From NCBI GenBank assembly GCA_000004985.1, contig GG738892.1: DNA of 64,000 bases; one strand, 5' to 3'. Shown here one piece after another: positions 21,403-31,780 of the stretch. The notes beneath the pieces were generated by a model, which had not been told where the DNA came from, did not search any database, and worked only from the letters and a program-made list of their open reading frames with translations. The translations under genes and the position numbers were made by a program. The stretch comes from Naegleria gruberi (taxonomy: Eukaryota). The number at the start of each line of letters is the position of its first letter. Within the stretch, counting starts at the first letter, position 1.

Positions 21403-24400
21403 TTATTTGAGAAGAAACATGACGATCTTTACGTCATCTCTTGTTGAGAAATCCGAAGGAACATTAACTGTGATATTCTTGAATTCCTCAGGAATGTTTT
21501 TGCCCTTCTTCCATGCTGTTGAGAATGGTTCCCCGAAAAGTGAGGCACTAGTGTCTGTGCTAAATAACTGGAATGCTTGGACAAGGAAATACAAATACAG
21601 AGCTTCCTTACTTGTGAACTTAACATTTCCCTTCTTCTTAAATGACACTTCTACTGAATTTGGAGCGACAAAAGCGACCGGTAATTGCTCTCCTGTCCAC
21701 TTTTCCTTATTAGATGGTTTTTGGTCTCCATAAGCCAAATGTTTGCTACTTACTTCAATCACACTACCTTCACAAAACTCGATAATAGTGGATTGAGAAA
21801 TAGCATGAATGAGTTTTTCCTTAATGGATTTATCCAAACCAACCTCTACAACATTGCTTTCAACTGCAGTTCCTTTGACGTTATCATTTCTTACTGGGAT
21901 ATATTGTGCCTTGATGAATCCCATTAAACACTTATGTGAAAGAACAACAGAGCTTCCTTTTCCATCATTTTCAATAGCACTAGAGTTATCAAACTGGGAA
22001 AGAGGAACAAAAGGACCATTTACACCACTGAAAGATATCAACCACTGAATTATTGATTTACCCTCAATTCCACCATAGTATTCACCTGATACACTTAATT
22101 TACCACCTACAATAGAATTTCCAGTAACAACAACATTTTTGATTGATGGATTGTGTGCTTGAACTGGGTTACTTCTGATATATGCTTCCTTTCCTTTAAC
22201 ACCATCATTTCTAATTGGTAGATATTCCAATTGTATTACTTTTCCAATATCTTTGGTTGTAACACTATACTGCATAATGTCAATCGCAACAACTTCACTC
22301 TTAGATCCATCTAAGCGTCTCCATCTTTTCATACTACTACCTTCTATTCCACCATAGTAAACAGACTCTGCTTGCAATACTCCATCTTCGAGAGGTGTAA
22401 CTTGATCATTCTTTGCTTGTTTGAATTGAAGACTCTTAATGCATGGAAGAGCACCTTCAACTTTTGCAGATTTGAATGACACCTTTTCTCCAACCACGCC
22501 ATCTTGTCTAGTTGGGAAGAACTCTAACAAAATTTGTTTTCCAATATCCTGTGTTCTACAACAATAACTAACCAATTCAGCACCAAGTACTCCTTCAGCA
22601 ACAACTTCTGATTCCCTTCCTTCAGCAACAACAGAGAGAATAAATCTTGATTCACCTTCAAAACCTCCTGAATATGTGAATTCAGACTTGATTGTTTCGC
22701 CTTCAACAAAAGAACCAACAAGCTTACAGGTGCCTTCTGGTTTGGCAGGTTGAACTTCCTCAGTAATTTGTTCGAAAGGCTTTCCAATAATATGAGTGTA
22801 AGGAGAAGTTCTTTTTGGAGTTAGAACAAGTTTAAGTCTACAACCAATATCTTCCAAAGAAATATGATAGTTAATTCCAGATGTCACTTTTTCTTCTTGA
22901 TCTCCTGACACTCTGTACCATTCACAAGTTGTATACACCATATCAAATCCTTTTCCTTTTACATCCTTTACATGGATATTTCCTTCTTCAACAAGTTGCC
23001 CCATCAAACTAATAGATTCAATATAAGGTTTTGAAGGAATAACCAAAGGGCTCAAATCACTACCTGTCCAAAGTGTTTGTTGACCCAGGTTGTCAGTAGA
23101 TCTGCAAAGATATCTGAATTTCTTATTAAACATGGTTTCGTCTACTACCAGCGCATTAGTGTCAATTGAAGAGTCCACACATTCACCTGAAGTTCCATCA
23201 ATAATATGCCACTTGTGCTCTCTCAGAGATTCTTCTGTGATGGAGGAATATTGAGACTCTCCAAGGAGGGTGCACCCGTCACTTAATTCAGCTCCTTCTT
23301 CTCTTCCTTCGTATCTTATTTTTACATTTTCAATTTTTGGAACTGGAAGATCAACAAATGTGGAAGTGAACGCAACAACCTTTTCTCCTTTAGCCATATC
23401 ATCTCTTACAGGAGTAATTTCAACCTTAAACATACAACCTATATCTTCTTTTTGGACAGTATATTTAGGCGTTTGCTCAGCTACCATTTGGTCAAAAGAT
23501 ATTTCTTCTACTGGTGGCAGAGAGCCTGAATTAATAATTTCAGTAGGAAGTTGACAACTTCTGTACCAATTAATGATAGTAAGCCCTTCTGTTCCTCCTT
23601 CATATTTGTAGTGAACCTTTAACAATGCCCCTATTGTTAGCACTCCTTCAATTGTTGGTTCTGAAATTCTAGGAATATCTGGTTCTATCTTTGGAGTTTT
23701 AACTTCAACTGATTCTCCCTTAATTCCATCACTTCTAACAGGAGTGCAGACTATTTTAATTTCCTTTCTGATATCACTCAAATTAATTTGATATTTCTTT
23801 CCGTTTGCATGTTCAATTTTTTCCTCACCATTTTCATCAACCCTGAAGAATTCGAATTCAGAATTTCCTTCAAATCCTCCATAATAAGTAGTATGAACTG
23901 TGATACTATCATTTTCAGCAAACTTTTCGCTTTCTACAGAAACATCAACAAAGGCAGGAGGAGCAGGAGCAACAACATTGGAGATAACTTCGACAGTATC
24001 ACCAATTTTACCATCAGTATTTACAGGTGTGGCAACACATTTAAGTCTTTTACCAACCTGATCTTCTCCAGGAATAATATCTTTCGAGATTGCTCCGTTA
24101 AGCAACTTGAACACACCATCTTCCTCAACTAGCCATTGGAAAGTACATTCACCTTCAATGCCACCAGTAAACGAGTAAGAAACCGATGATGGTTGATCTT
24201 GTTCAAATTTTTCAGAAAGAACTATGTCAAAAATACTTGGCTTCTTGGATTCTACTTGGGAGGAAACTTTGGAAATGGAAATACCTTCCACACCATCATT
24301 TCTGACAGGTGTATAAGAAAGAACCAAATATTTTGAATAATCAGAGCAAGCAATCTTATAAGATTTACCTGTTCCAACAATTGGAGCATCTTCTATGTTC

Positions 24401-25801
24401 TCTGAAGGATCGATAACTAATCTCCATTCGAATCTTGATTCTCCCTCGATACCTCCCTTGAATGAGCTTGTGGCCTCTATTGTTTCTCCTTCCATCACTG
24501 TACCAATAATGTCAAGAGAAGAACAGTATGGCTTTCCAGCTAATACTTCTCCAGTAGTATCCTCAAAAGAAATGAGTTTGTTGGTGTGTTGCTTGAAAAC
24601 AAGAGAAGCACCTAAAGTAGTTGAAATATCATCAAAGACAGCTATATAACAAGTACCAACAGCTCCATTATACCAAACAATTTCAATTTTGAAACTTGAT
24701 CCCTCAGATGGTACTTGATTGACATCAGCAGATATTACCTCGGATCTTCCTGATTCGTTAGCAAAGTAAAATGAATGTGGGCCAACAGGAACTAGTAAGG
24801 TAAGTTTTTCTTCTGCAACCACATCAAAAGAAGCCAAATGCTCATTCTTCTCAAATACAATCTTTGACCACTTTCCTTCTGGAACATCAATTTCTAAAAA
24901 TCCCATTCCTAATGCCTCAACTGAGTAATCTTGATTTGTATCTACCTTAAAAACAGGGAAGAATCTTACTTCTTCCTCTTCTACAGGATTTTGACAATCA
25001 AAACAATAGTTTAACAAATGGAATGGTGTTCCTTTTGAAATTTGCCTTTGAGCATCAAGAAGCCAATCTTTTGAAAAAGCTTTTAACTTTTCAAACTCTT
25101 CAAATTCTTCTTCATAAGGAATTAATAAACCTAGCAATACTGATTCTGAAATTGTTCCTCTATAATTTGCTGCATTTTCAAGAGTCTCATCGCTAAGCAG
25201 TTCTCTATTCAATGATCTCAATTTACTGAATAGAGCTATGGCTATCTCTTTGAACTTGTTAATTTCTACAATTGGGTTATCTGAGAGATCTAAAGAATCA
25301 AGCTCTTCGAATGATTTTACATTTTGAAAGTTCTTAATACGATTATTTGGAGCACTAAAAGCTCTTAATTTAGGAAGAGCAGGACCGTCCCATTCACTGA
25401 TCGAGTTGTTTCCAAGAATTAAGGATTCCAATTCCTTGAGATTTGGCATGGACATGAGAGAAGTAATCTTATTATGTGTCAAAAATAAATGTTTAAGAAC
25501 TGGCATATAAGACAAGAAGGATAAGTTCTCAATATTATTTGAACTCAAATCCAATACTCTCAACAATGGAAATTCAACTTGAATATTTAAAGTTTTTGGT
25601 AAATCTCCATTTCTGGCATACAAATATTCATATCCAAATAGTTCATTAAAATCAAAGGTTCCCAATTCTGTATTACTAATATTCAATTTCTAATTTGTTC
25701 AATCGTTAAAGCATCATAAAATTGTTTTCACTTACCTTTACAGTTTCCACTTTCTTTGGTTGAGAAGAAAGAGCCTTTTTCTTCATTGGAGATTCCGGCA
25801 T
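21403..25801 (-). CDS. AIR9-like protein: N-terminal SDS22-type leucine-rich repeats followed by about 9-11 tandem Ig-like A9 repeats
   Basis: Two exons: complement(25736..25801) encodes MPESPMKKKALSSQPKKVETVK. A 46-nt GTAAGT...TAG intron spans 25690-25735. Then complement(21403..25689). The ORF-track start at 25686 is a TTG. LRR block LDLSSNNIENLSFLSYMPVLKHLFLTHNKITSL. The repeated approx. 100-aa unit carries [FY]xGGhEGxSxxxW (YSGGFEGESRFEW, FTGGIEGECTFQW, YYGGFEGNSEFEF, YEGGTEGLTIINW, YYGGIEGSSMKRW, YYGGIEGKSIIQW). Confidence 0.65.
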
Positions 25802-26028
25802 CTTCTTAGATCCTATTAACGAAGAGAAGGTAAATAAACGTCTTGAGACTTGATGATAACAAACCTTGAGGTGCTATTGTTGGAGGCATTTTTTTATTTT
25901 AAAAATTGTATTTTGGTTTGGCGGGAGAAATACTGAAGTCATTTAAGATCTGTCTTAATTTGTCAACGAGAATCAAAAAGTACGAGATTGGTTGATAACA
26001 ATGTTTAATTATTCTCAATAATATTACT

Positions 26029-27425
26029 TTATTGCTTTTGGTTTGTTTGTGGTGGGTGTGCCATCTGTTGTGTAGCTTGTTTTTGCTGTTCTGCTACCAT
26101 CTTTACAAACTTTTCAAAGTAAAAAGTACTACCATTGTGAACCATAACTATGAAAATGTTAATATTTCAATAAAATCCAATAAAACATACCAATATAAAT
26201 AGCAACAAGACAGAATGCATGGAAATAAATATATCTAAACATGAAAATTACAGGTAAAACAGTTAAACTATGATAGAATAATTGGAATGCCATAAAAGCA
26301 AATAATCTGGTGGTTGCTGAGAATTTTTGTCCAAGCTCTATTCAAACATGTTTGTGAAATATCCTTAGAAAATACTTACTGTAAGACTTTGATTTTTTAT
26401 CCATTTCTGTAATCCATCTGAAACTTGTAATGACATGAGATCTTTCCTTCAAGATATTTCTATCAATATGTTCAGTTTTGATAAAATATGAAATTTGCCA
26501 GAATAAGAAGAAGAGAAGATGAGGAACTATTACTTCAAACCATGTAACTTCACAATTTTCTCTAATACAGACAGAATATTCAGGGAATTGTTCAGGATAC
26601 CATCTAATTGCAAATGAAATAAGTGGAGGGAATGTATGAATAAATGCAGAAGTTAACTTATCAAAATCATGGAAAACAAGTGAATTTCTCCTATTTAAAA
26701 TTACAATTAACAATCATCTCTTTAAACTTACCAAAAAACAATTGCCAATAAGATAGGTCCACAATTATTAGCAAATGTTAAAACAAACAAATGAGGACTA
26801 GTTGGGAAGAAGAATAAGAAGAACATTAATGCCAAATTTCCCATATAACAGAAATCAATCATAAAATACTTTTGAAATTCAATGATATCGTTCGGAATTG
26901 AATTACGTAATACTTACGTGAGCATGTTGAGAGTGGAAATCAATGAAACGATAAATCATCAAAGGAATCATCCACAAAATGTACCAAATAGGTAAATATT
27001 TTGGAGAATGTCCAAAAAGATAGGTTGTACTAACAAGAAGAAGAACACCAACAGTGAATGCAACTATAGAATTTTGGAAATTACAATCTCGGAATGTTGT
27101 ACTTACTCTTGTCACTAAATGAAACTGAAAAATTAGGAAGATTTTTCAAGCTAATATGTGATCAATTATTATTTAATTATTACTAATAAACATACATTTT
27201 ATATCTCTTTCTCAAGCTTGATGAAACATTTACAAGTGTTGATGAAGGTTTTGGAGTTGCTTGTTGTGGTCCTTGTTTAGGAGATGATGAAGTTGTTGTT
27301 GTTGTGTTATTATTATTTGTTGTTGTTGTTGTTGTTGGAGTTATTGTTGCTGTTGTTACAGGATCTTGTTCTTGCTTCTTTTCTTGTTTACTTTCCTTCT
27401 TCTTTTTAGTTTGTTGTTGTGACAT
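26029..27425 (-). CDS. Multi-exon polytopic membrane protein (about 5 exons, at least 6 TM helices), unknown family
   Basis: Exons reconstructed on the minus strand: 27425..approx. 27198 (MSQQQTKKKKESKQ...poly-Thr...LRKRYK), approx. 27128..26903, approx. 26870..26730, approx. 26690..26342, approx. 26325..26200, and 26029..approx. 26155. They are linked by 40-70 nt GTA(A/T)GT...AG introns. Boundaries are approximate. Hydrophobic segments include IVAFTVGVLLLVSTTYLF, LPIWYILWMIPLMIY, LALMFFLFFFPTS, VIVPHLLFFLFWQISYFI and LTVLPVIFMFRYIYFHAFCLVAIYIG. Confidence 0.35.
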
Positions 27426-27504
27426 TTTTTGAGGAGCAACTCCGTAGCAGAAATAAGGAAAGCAAGTGAAATGGATAAAATAGTTGTTGTTTTTATTGAT
27501 ATTC

Positions 27505-30500
27505 TTAAAAGAAGAATGTGGCTTGATTCAGCTCTTGGATGGATCTTAAAATATTATCAGAGTTAGTACCAATTTGACGAGCTAAATCTCTTTGTAAAAT
27601 TGTGTTAATGTTTGCATAATTCCAAATCAGTTGACCATCAATGATATTCTTCTTATAATTGTATTCAGTACGTTCGAGTGGCTTGTATAATCTGAAAGAT
27701 TTTGGATGTAACCCTGCTGCTTGTTCCAATTGTGTGTACATCTTTAACTGTAAGGCAAATAATCTTCTGTGAGTTACTTCGTTAATTGGAGCAACATAAC
27801 CAATAGCACCATCTACGCTTCCAAATAATATAAATTGGTGATTAGGATTAGTTTTTGTGATATCCTTTTTACCTGATTGTTTTGGTTTTTCATTTACATT
27901 ACCCAATCTAATGGTGTTATCGTCAGGTAATTCTCTTACTTTCATTCTTATAAGGCTGTTAATAAGGGTACCAATGTGGAAATCACAAACTGGGACCAAA
28001 TTTCTACCATCGTTACTTTCTTGATGCTGAGGCAGATAGGAGAAGATTTGAAGATTCTTACTAGTGTCAATAACTGCCAATCCAAGTAAATCATTATTCA
28101 CAAGGAATTCTGAAGAGACAACTTGAAGTGGTCTGTTATCTTTGGCAAGAAGAATTAATCTGTGACCCTTTTCCTTCCAACGTAAAAAGCTTACGCTCTT
28201 ATAGATATCACCAAACATGATAAAGTTTCTAACAGTATTTAAACTTGCAGTATAAAATTGAGTGTCATAGAAAGATGTAATATGCATTCTCTTTTCTTCC
28301 CAATCAAAGTAGTACGTATAAATACGATTACCAACACTACAAATAATATATCTGTCAACTTGTTCAAGAGTTGTAATTGGTCCTTTAACAGATGTTGAAG
28401 AAATTAAATTCAACTTATACTCATTTTCTCTTCCAAGAATTGGATCCAAATCAAATAATAAAAGTCTTCCTCTACATAATTCTCTTTCACTTTGTACATA
28501 GGCTGTTCCTACAGCAACTACAGAAACCAAGTCTTGCTTTCTGCTGTTCAATGGCTCTTCAAATGATATATCAGTATCGTCATTATATTCTTCCTTAGAC
28601 AAATAAACTACCTTTGCTGCCACAGCAGACTCATGAAGATCAAATTCAAACTTGTCCATTTCTTGCCAATTGTGTCCTGAAAATAATTTTACAGTGTGCT
28701 TTTGTTCGGCTGGAGGAGGGCATTTACCCTCAGGGAAAGGAATACTATCAGGTAAAATGGCCTTTACAGGAACAGATGTGAAAGCTAAACAAGTATTAGT
28801 ATCTTGATGGAATGTAATAACGTTAGGAGTACTCTTGAGCAAAATCTTTCTTTGTGGCCAGTAGGCGTTAAATTTAACATTAGCATTCAAACTTGAAATG
28901 TGTAACTTTGATTGTTTCTTATTATCTTGTTCTTTGTCTGTTAAATAAATAAAACCATGAGGACAGTTTTCGTGGTGATATGGTGTGAAGGTAGTAACAG
29001 GATCTCTACTTTGTGTTGGATGTACTCTGAGGTTAGAGTGTTCTGTAAATAACCAAAAAGGTTTTTCACCAGTTTTGAATAAACCTCCATAACCTCCAAT
29101 GTTTTTGAATGGAATAAGTTGGGATCTTCCTAGATCTGATTTTGGAAATAAATATTTAGATTTAAGATTGAGGGTAAATGTTTGACTCTTCTTGTCAATT
29201 TCAGATATTGGTAATAAATCGTCGTGTTGGAATTTAGAGAATCTTAGTCTTGTTAATCTGTTATCTTTGGATTTTGTTGTTCTATCTAAAAATGATCTAT
29301 AGATATGTACAGTATTATCGCTCAATACAGAAACAAGATATGGCATCTCGCTATCTGAGCCAATTCCTCTTAAAGCCATTTCTGTAACATATGGATACTT
29401 GACTTCAGATTGTGTAGTATTACTTGATTGTCCTTCATCAAACAGAGTTGTGTGGAATTGATAAAATTGAGAGAATGAGAATACACATGTCATATCTGGA
29501 ACAGATAAAATCTCGAAAGCACCATCAGTCCAATATACACAACATAAATATTTGCCTTCTTTTTCATTGATTCCAAAAAATTCAAACTCTGGATTGGTCT
29601 TGTACAGACATACTGCTGTTATCTTTCCATGATTAGATTCAATATCAAGTTGTTTGCTTGTCACTCTTCCGTTATCATGGGTGAGTAAAACTAAACTTCC
29701 ATCATAAAAATGAAGTAGGACATAAGGATCTAATATTATGGAAGATCTTATTTCCTTCTTGGAATGGTGAACTTGCTTTGGTTCAGATCCAATAAGCATT
29801 ACGCTTTTACGAGTTACTTGCACTATAGATTCTCTTATTTTACCAATATTCAAAGTTGTTTCATTTGTAACAAACATTGATTTTGACGTTACTTCAGCAA
29901 GGGTTGCCTTGGATTCAAATACTTTAGTCTTATCTTCTAAACTTAAAATTAAATACAAATCATGTTCAGTTTTTTGGGAAATAGTCCAAACTTGCTTGAC
30001 TAAAAATGGTAGAGTAGCTTCTGATTGAATATCAGGTTGTAGACTTCTATTCAAAACGGTCAAACAACCATGTCTACCAATACCAGAACAAGCAATAGCA
30101 GAAAGTTGATTATCGTTTGTTTTAGACTTGAATCCTGACATATCAAAAGAAGAAGTAACAGCTGCTGTCAAGTGTGATATTGGACCAATATTTGTAAAAA
30201 CATGTTTGATTTTGAGTTCTACCTTTGTTGTTTCTTTCTTAGAGACCTTGGAAAAGGATTCTATTACTGTTGGTTCTTCATCCTTTTCTAAAGCAGCAAA
30301 AAAGTCATCATCATCAGCTAACTTTCTCTTCTTTTTCTCTGGTTCAAAGTTTTCTCCAGCAGCAAAAACGGATGACATTTCTTCATCAGTATCCAAACTA
30401 CTAGTTTCCACCTCTACTTTTTCTTGATATTCATAAAGAACTGAATCACCAATCTTGGATCCAAGGAAAATAAGATTTCCTTTCAAAGTACACATGCAAG

Positions 30501-31626
30501 AGGCTGGTGTTGTGTTGGATGTCTTCTTGATGTTGATATTATTAATTCTACTTCCTCCAGACTCTAAATACATTGTATAAAGCTCACCATCCTTCAAAGA
30601 AACTAAAAGTTTATCCCTTGCTATGAAAGTGTATGCAACTGTATCAAAGAAGAGTGCAGGCCCATCAAAAGTATTAAAGTTAATTGATAAATTAGGATTC
30701 GAAACAGCAAAATCGTTGAAGGATAATCCATAAGTTGCACATTGATTAATATGAATGATAGAATTCATTCCAATAACCAATGCTCCACCAGCAACATCCT
30801 CTTGTAATGGAATCAATTTGTTACAGTCATGTGGTAATGATCCAACACTCCAAATCTTAGGATAATACTTTCTAAATAAATCGAATGATACAGCTGTCAC
30901 AGTTGATGTATTACTCTTAGCTGCAAGTCTACCACTCCAAGTTTGTTCATTCTCGTGCAAGAATAAAATTGTTGGTTCATTGTATCCATTCAAAAAGCAA
31001 TAGTCTTTCACATTTTTAATTCCTAGATCGTTTAAATCGATAATTACTTGTCTTTGCACTTCTGGTTGATGATGTTTTTTTTGATCTCCAACATTTTCAT
31101 TTGCTTCCTCTTGATCCCCAGAAAGAGCAAATAAAAAGTTATCCTCAGTTGAAAGTGATACATCCTCTCCAGATTGTCTGAATGGTAAAATTACTAATTT
31201 AGAGTCGCAAATAATTACTGTAGCAAATCTATTTTGTGGATCCAAAATAATTGGTTGATTGTGAAAGAATCTAGCTTTACCTTCTCTCAAAAAGTCATCT
31301 TCGAGATAATGCAAAGATAAAGTTTTAAGATCACTCCTCTTCTCATCAAACTCCACAACAGATACTTTTGCTTCATCTTCAAAGTTAATTAAAAGCATTT
31401 CCTTTTTCATACCCTGAAGACAAACAGCAATTATAGAATCAATTACTCCAAATAATTCAAAAACTTTTACAAGAACAATATTGGATGTATTCGGTTTGAT
31501 TAAATAAACCTCCATAATGTTGTTTTTAACAATGATCAGATTTTCATCATTAGCTGATGTAAATCGTGCCTTCAAACAGAATGACACAGCTGTTGGAGGA
31601 TGAAGCTGTTTGTAGCACGCGAACAT
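27505..31626 (-). CDS. CPSF1: Cleavage and polyadenylation specificity factor 160-kDa subunit (CPSF1/CPSF160; WD40-like beta-propeller + CPSF_A)
   Basis: Intronless 1373-aa ORF. The N-terminus MFACYKQLHPPTAVSFCLKARFTS aligns to my recollection of the metazoan CPSF1 start ([24 protein letters not shown]). Length and propeller-like periodicity fit the CPSF1/DDB1/SF3B3 family. Confidence 0.8.
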   Translation of the reverse strand: MFACYKQLHPPTAVSFCLKARFTSANDENLIIVKNNIMEVYLIKPNTSNIVLVKVFELFGVIDSIIAVCLQGMKKEMLLINFEDEAKVSVVEFDEKRSDLKTLSLHYLEDDFLREGKARFFHNQPIILDPQNRFATVIICDSKLVILPFRQSGEDVSLSTEDNFLFALSGDQEEANENVGDQKKHHQPEVQRQVIIDLNDLGIKNVKDYCFLNGYNEPTILFLHENEQTWSGRLAAKSNTSTVTAVSFDLFRKYYPKIWSVGSLPHDCNKLIPLQEDVAGGALVIGMNSIIHINQCATYGLSFNDFAVSNPNLSINFNTFDGPALFFDTVAYTFIARDKLLVSLKDGELYTMYLESGGSRINNINIKKTSNTTPASCMCTLKGNLIFLGSKIGDSVLYEYQEKVEVETSSLDTDEEMSSVFAAGENFEPEKKKRKLADDDDFFAALEKDEEPTVIESFSKVSKKETTKVELKIKHVFTNIGPISHLTAAVTSSFDMSGFKSKTNDNQLSAIACSGIGRHGCLTVLNRSLQPDIQSEATLPFLVKQVWTISQKTEHDLYLILSLEDKTKVFESKATLAEVTSKSMFVTNETTLNIGKIRESIVQVTRKSVMLIGSEPKQVHHSKKEIRSSIILDPYVLLHFYDGSLVLLTHDNGRVTSKQLDIESNHGKITAVCLYKTNPEFEFFGINEKEGKYLCCVYWTDGAFEILSVPDMTCVFSFSQFYQFHTTLFDEGQSSNTTQSEVKYPYVTEMALRGIGSDSEMPYLVSVLSDNTVHIYRSFLDRTTKSKDNRLTRLRFSKFQHDDLLPISEIDKKSQTFTLNLKSKYLFPKSDLGRSQLIPFKNIGGYGGLFKTGEKPFWLFTEHSNLRVHPTQSRDPVTTFTPYHHENCPHGFIYLTDKEQDNKKQSKLHISSLNANVKFNAYWPQRKILLKSTPNVITFHQDTNTCLAFTSVPVKAILPDSIPFPEGKCPPPAEQKHTVKLFSGHNWQEMDKFEFDLHESAVAAKVVYLSKEEYNDDTDISFEEPLNSRKQDLVSVVAVGTAYVQSERELCRGRLLLFDLDPILGRENEYKLNLISSTSVKGPITTLEQVDRYIICSVGNRIYTYYFDWEEKRMHITSFYDTQFYTASLNTVRNFIMFGDIYKSVSFLRWKEKGHRLILLAKDNRPLQVVSSEFLVNNDLLGLAVIDTSKNLQIFSYLPQHQESNDGRNLVPVCDFHIGTLINSLIRMKVRELPDDNTIRLGNVNEKPKQSGKKDITKTNPNHQFILFGSVDGAIGYVAPINEVTHRRLFALQLKMYTQLEQAAGLHPKSFRLYKPLERTEYNYKKNIIDGQLIWNYANINTILQRDLARQIGTNSDNILRSIQELNQATFFF

Positions 31627-31780
31627 TGTATTGGAAATTTTTTTAATTTATTTTTATTAAAATTTATTTGTTGTGATGAAGTTTTTCTGTGTTGAAAGGC
31701 TTGCATTGATTGTTTTCTTCTTGAAATAAATTTAGAAAACAACACATTCAACTATTTACATAGCAATAACAGAGTTTAAT

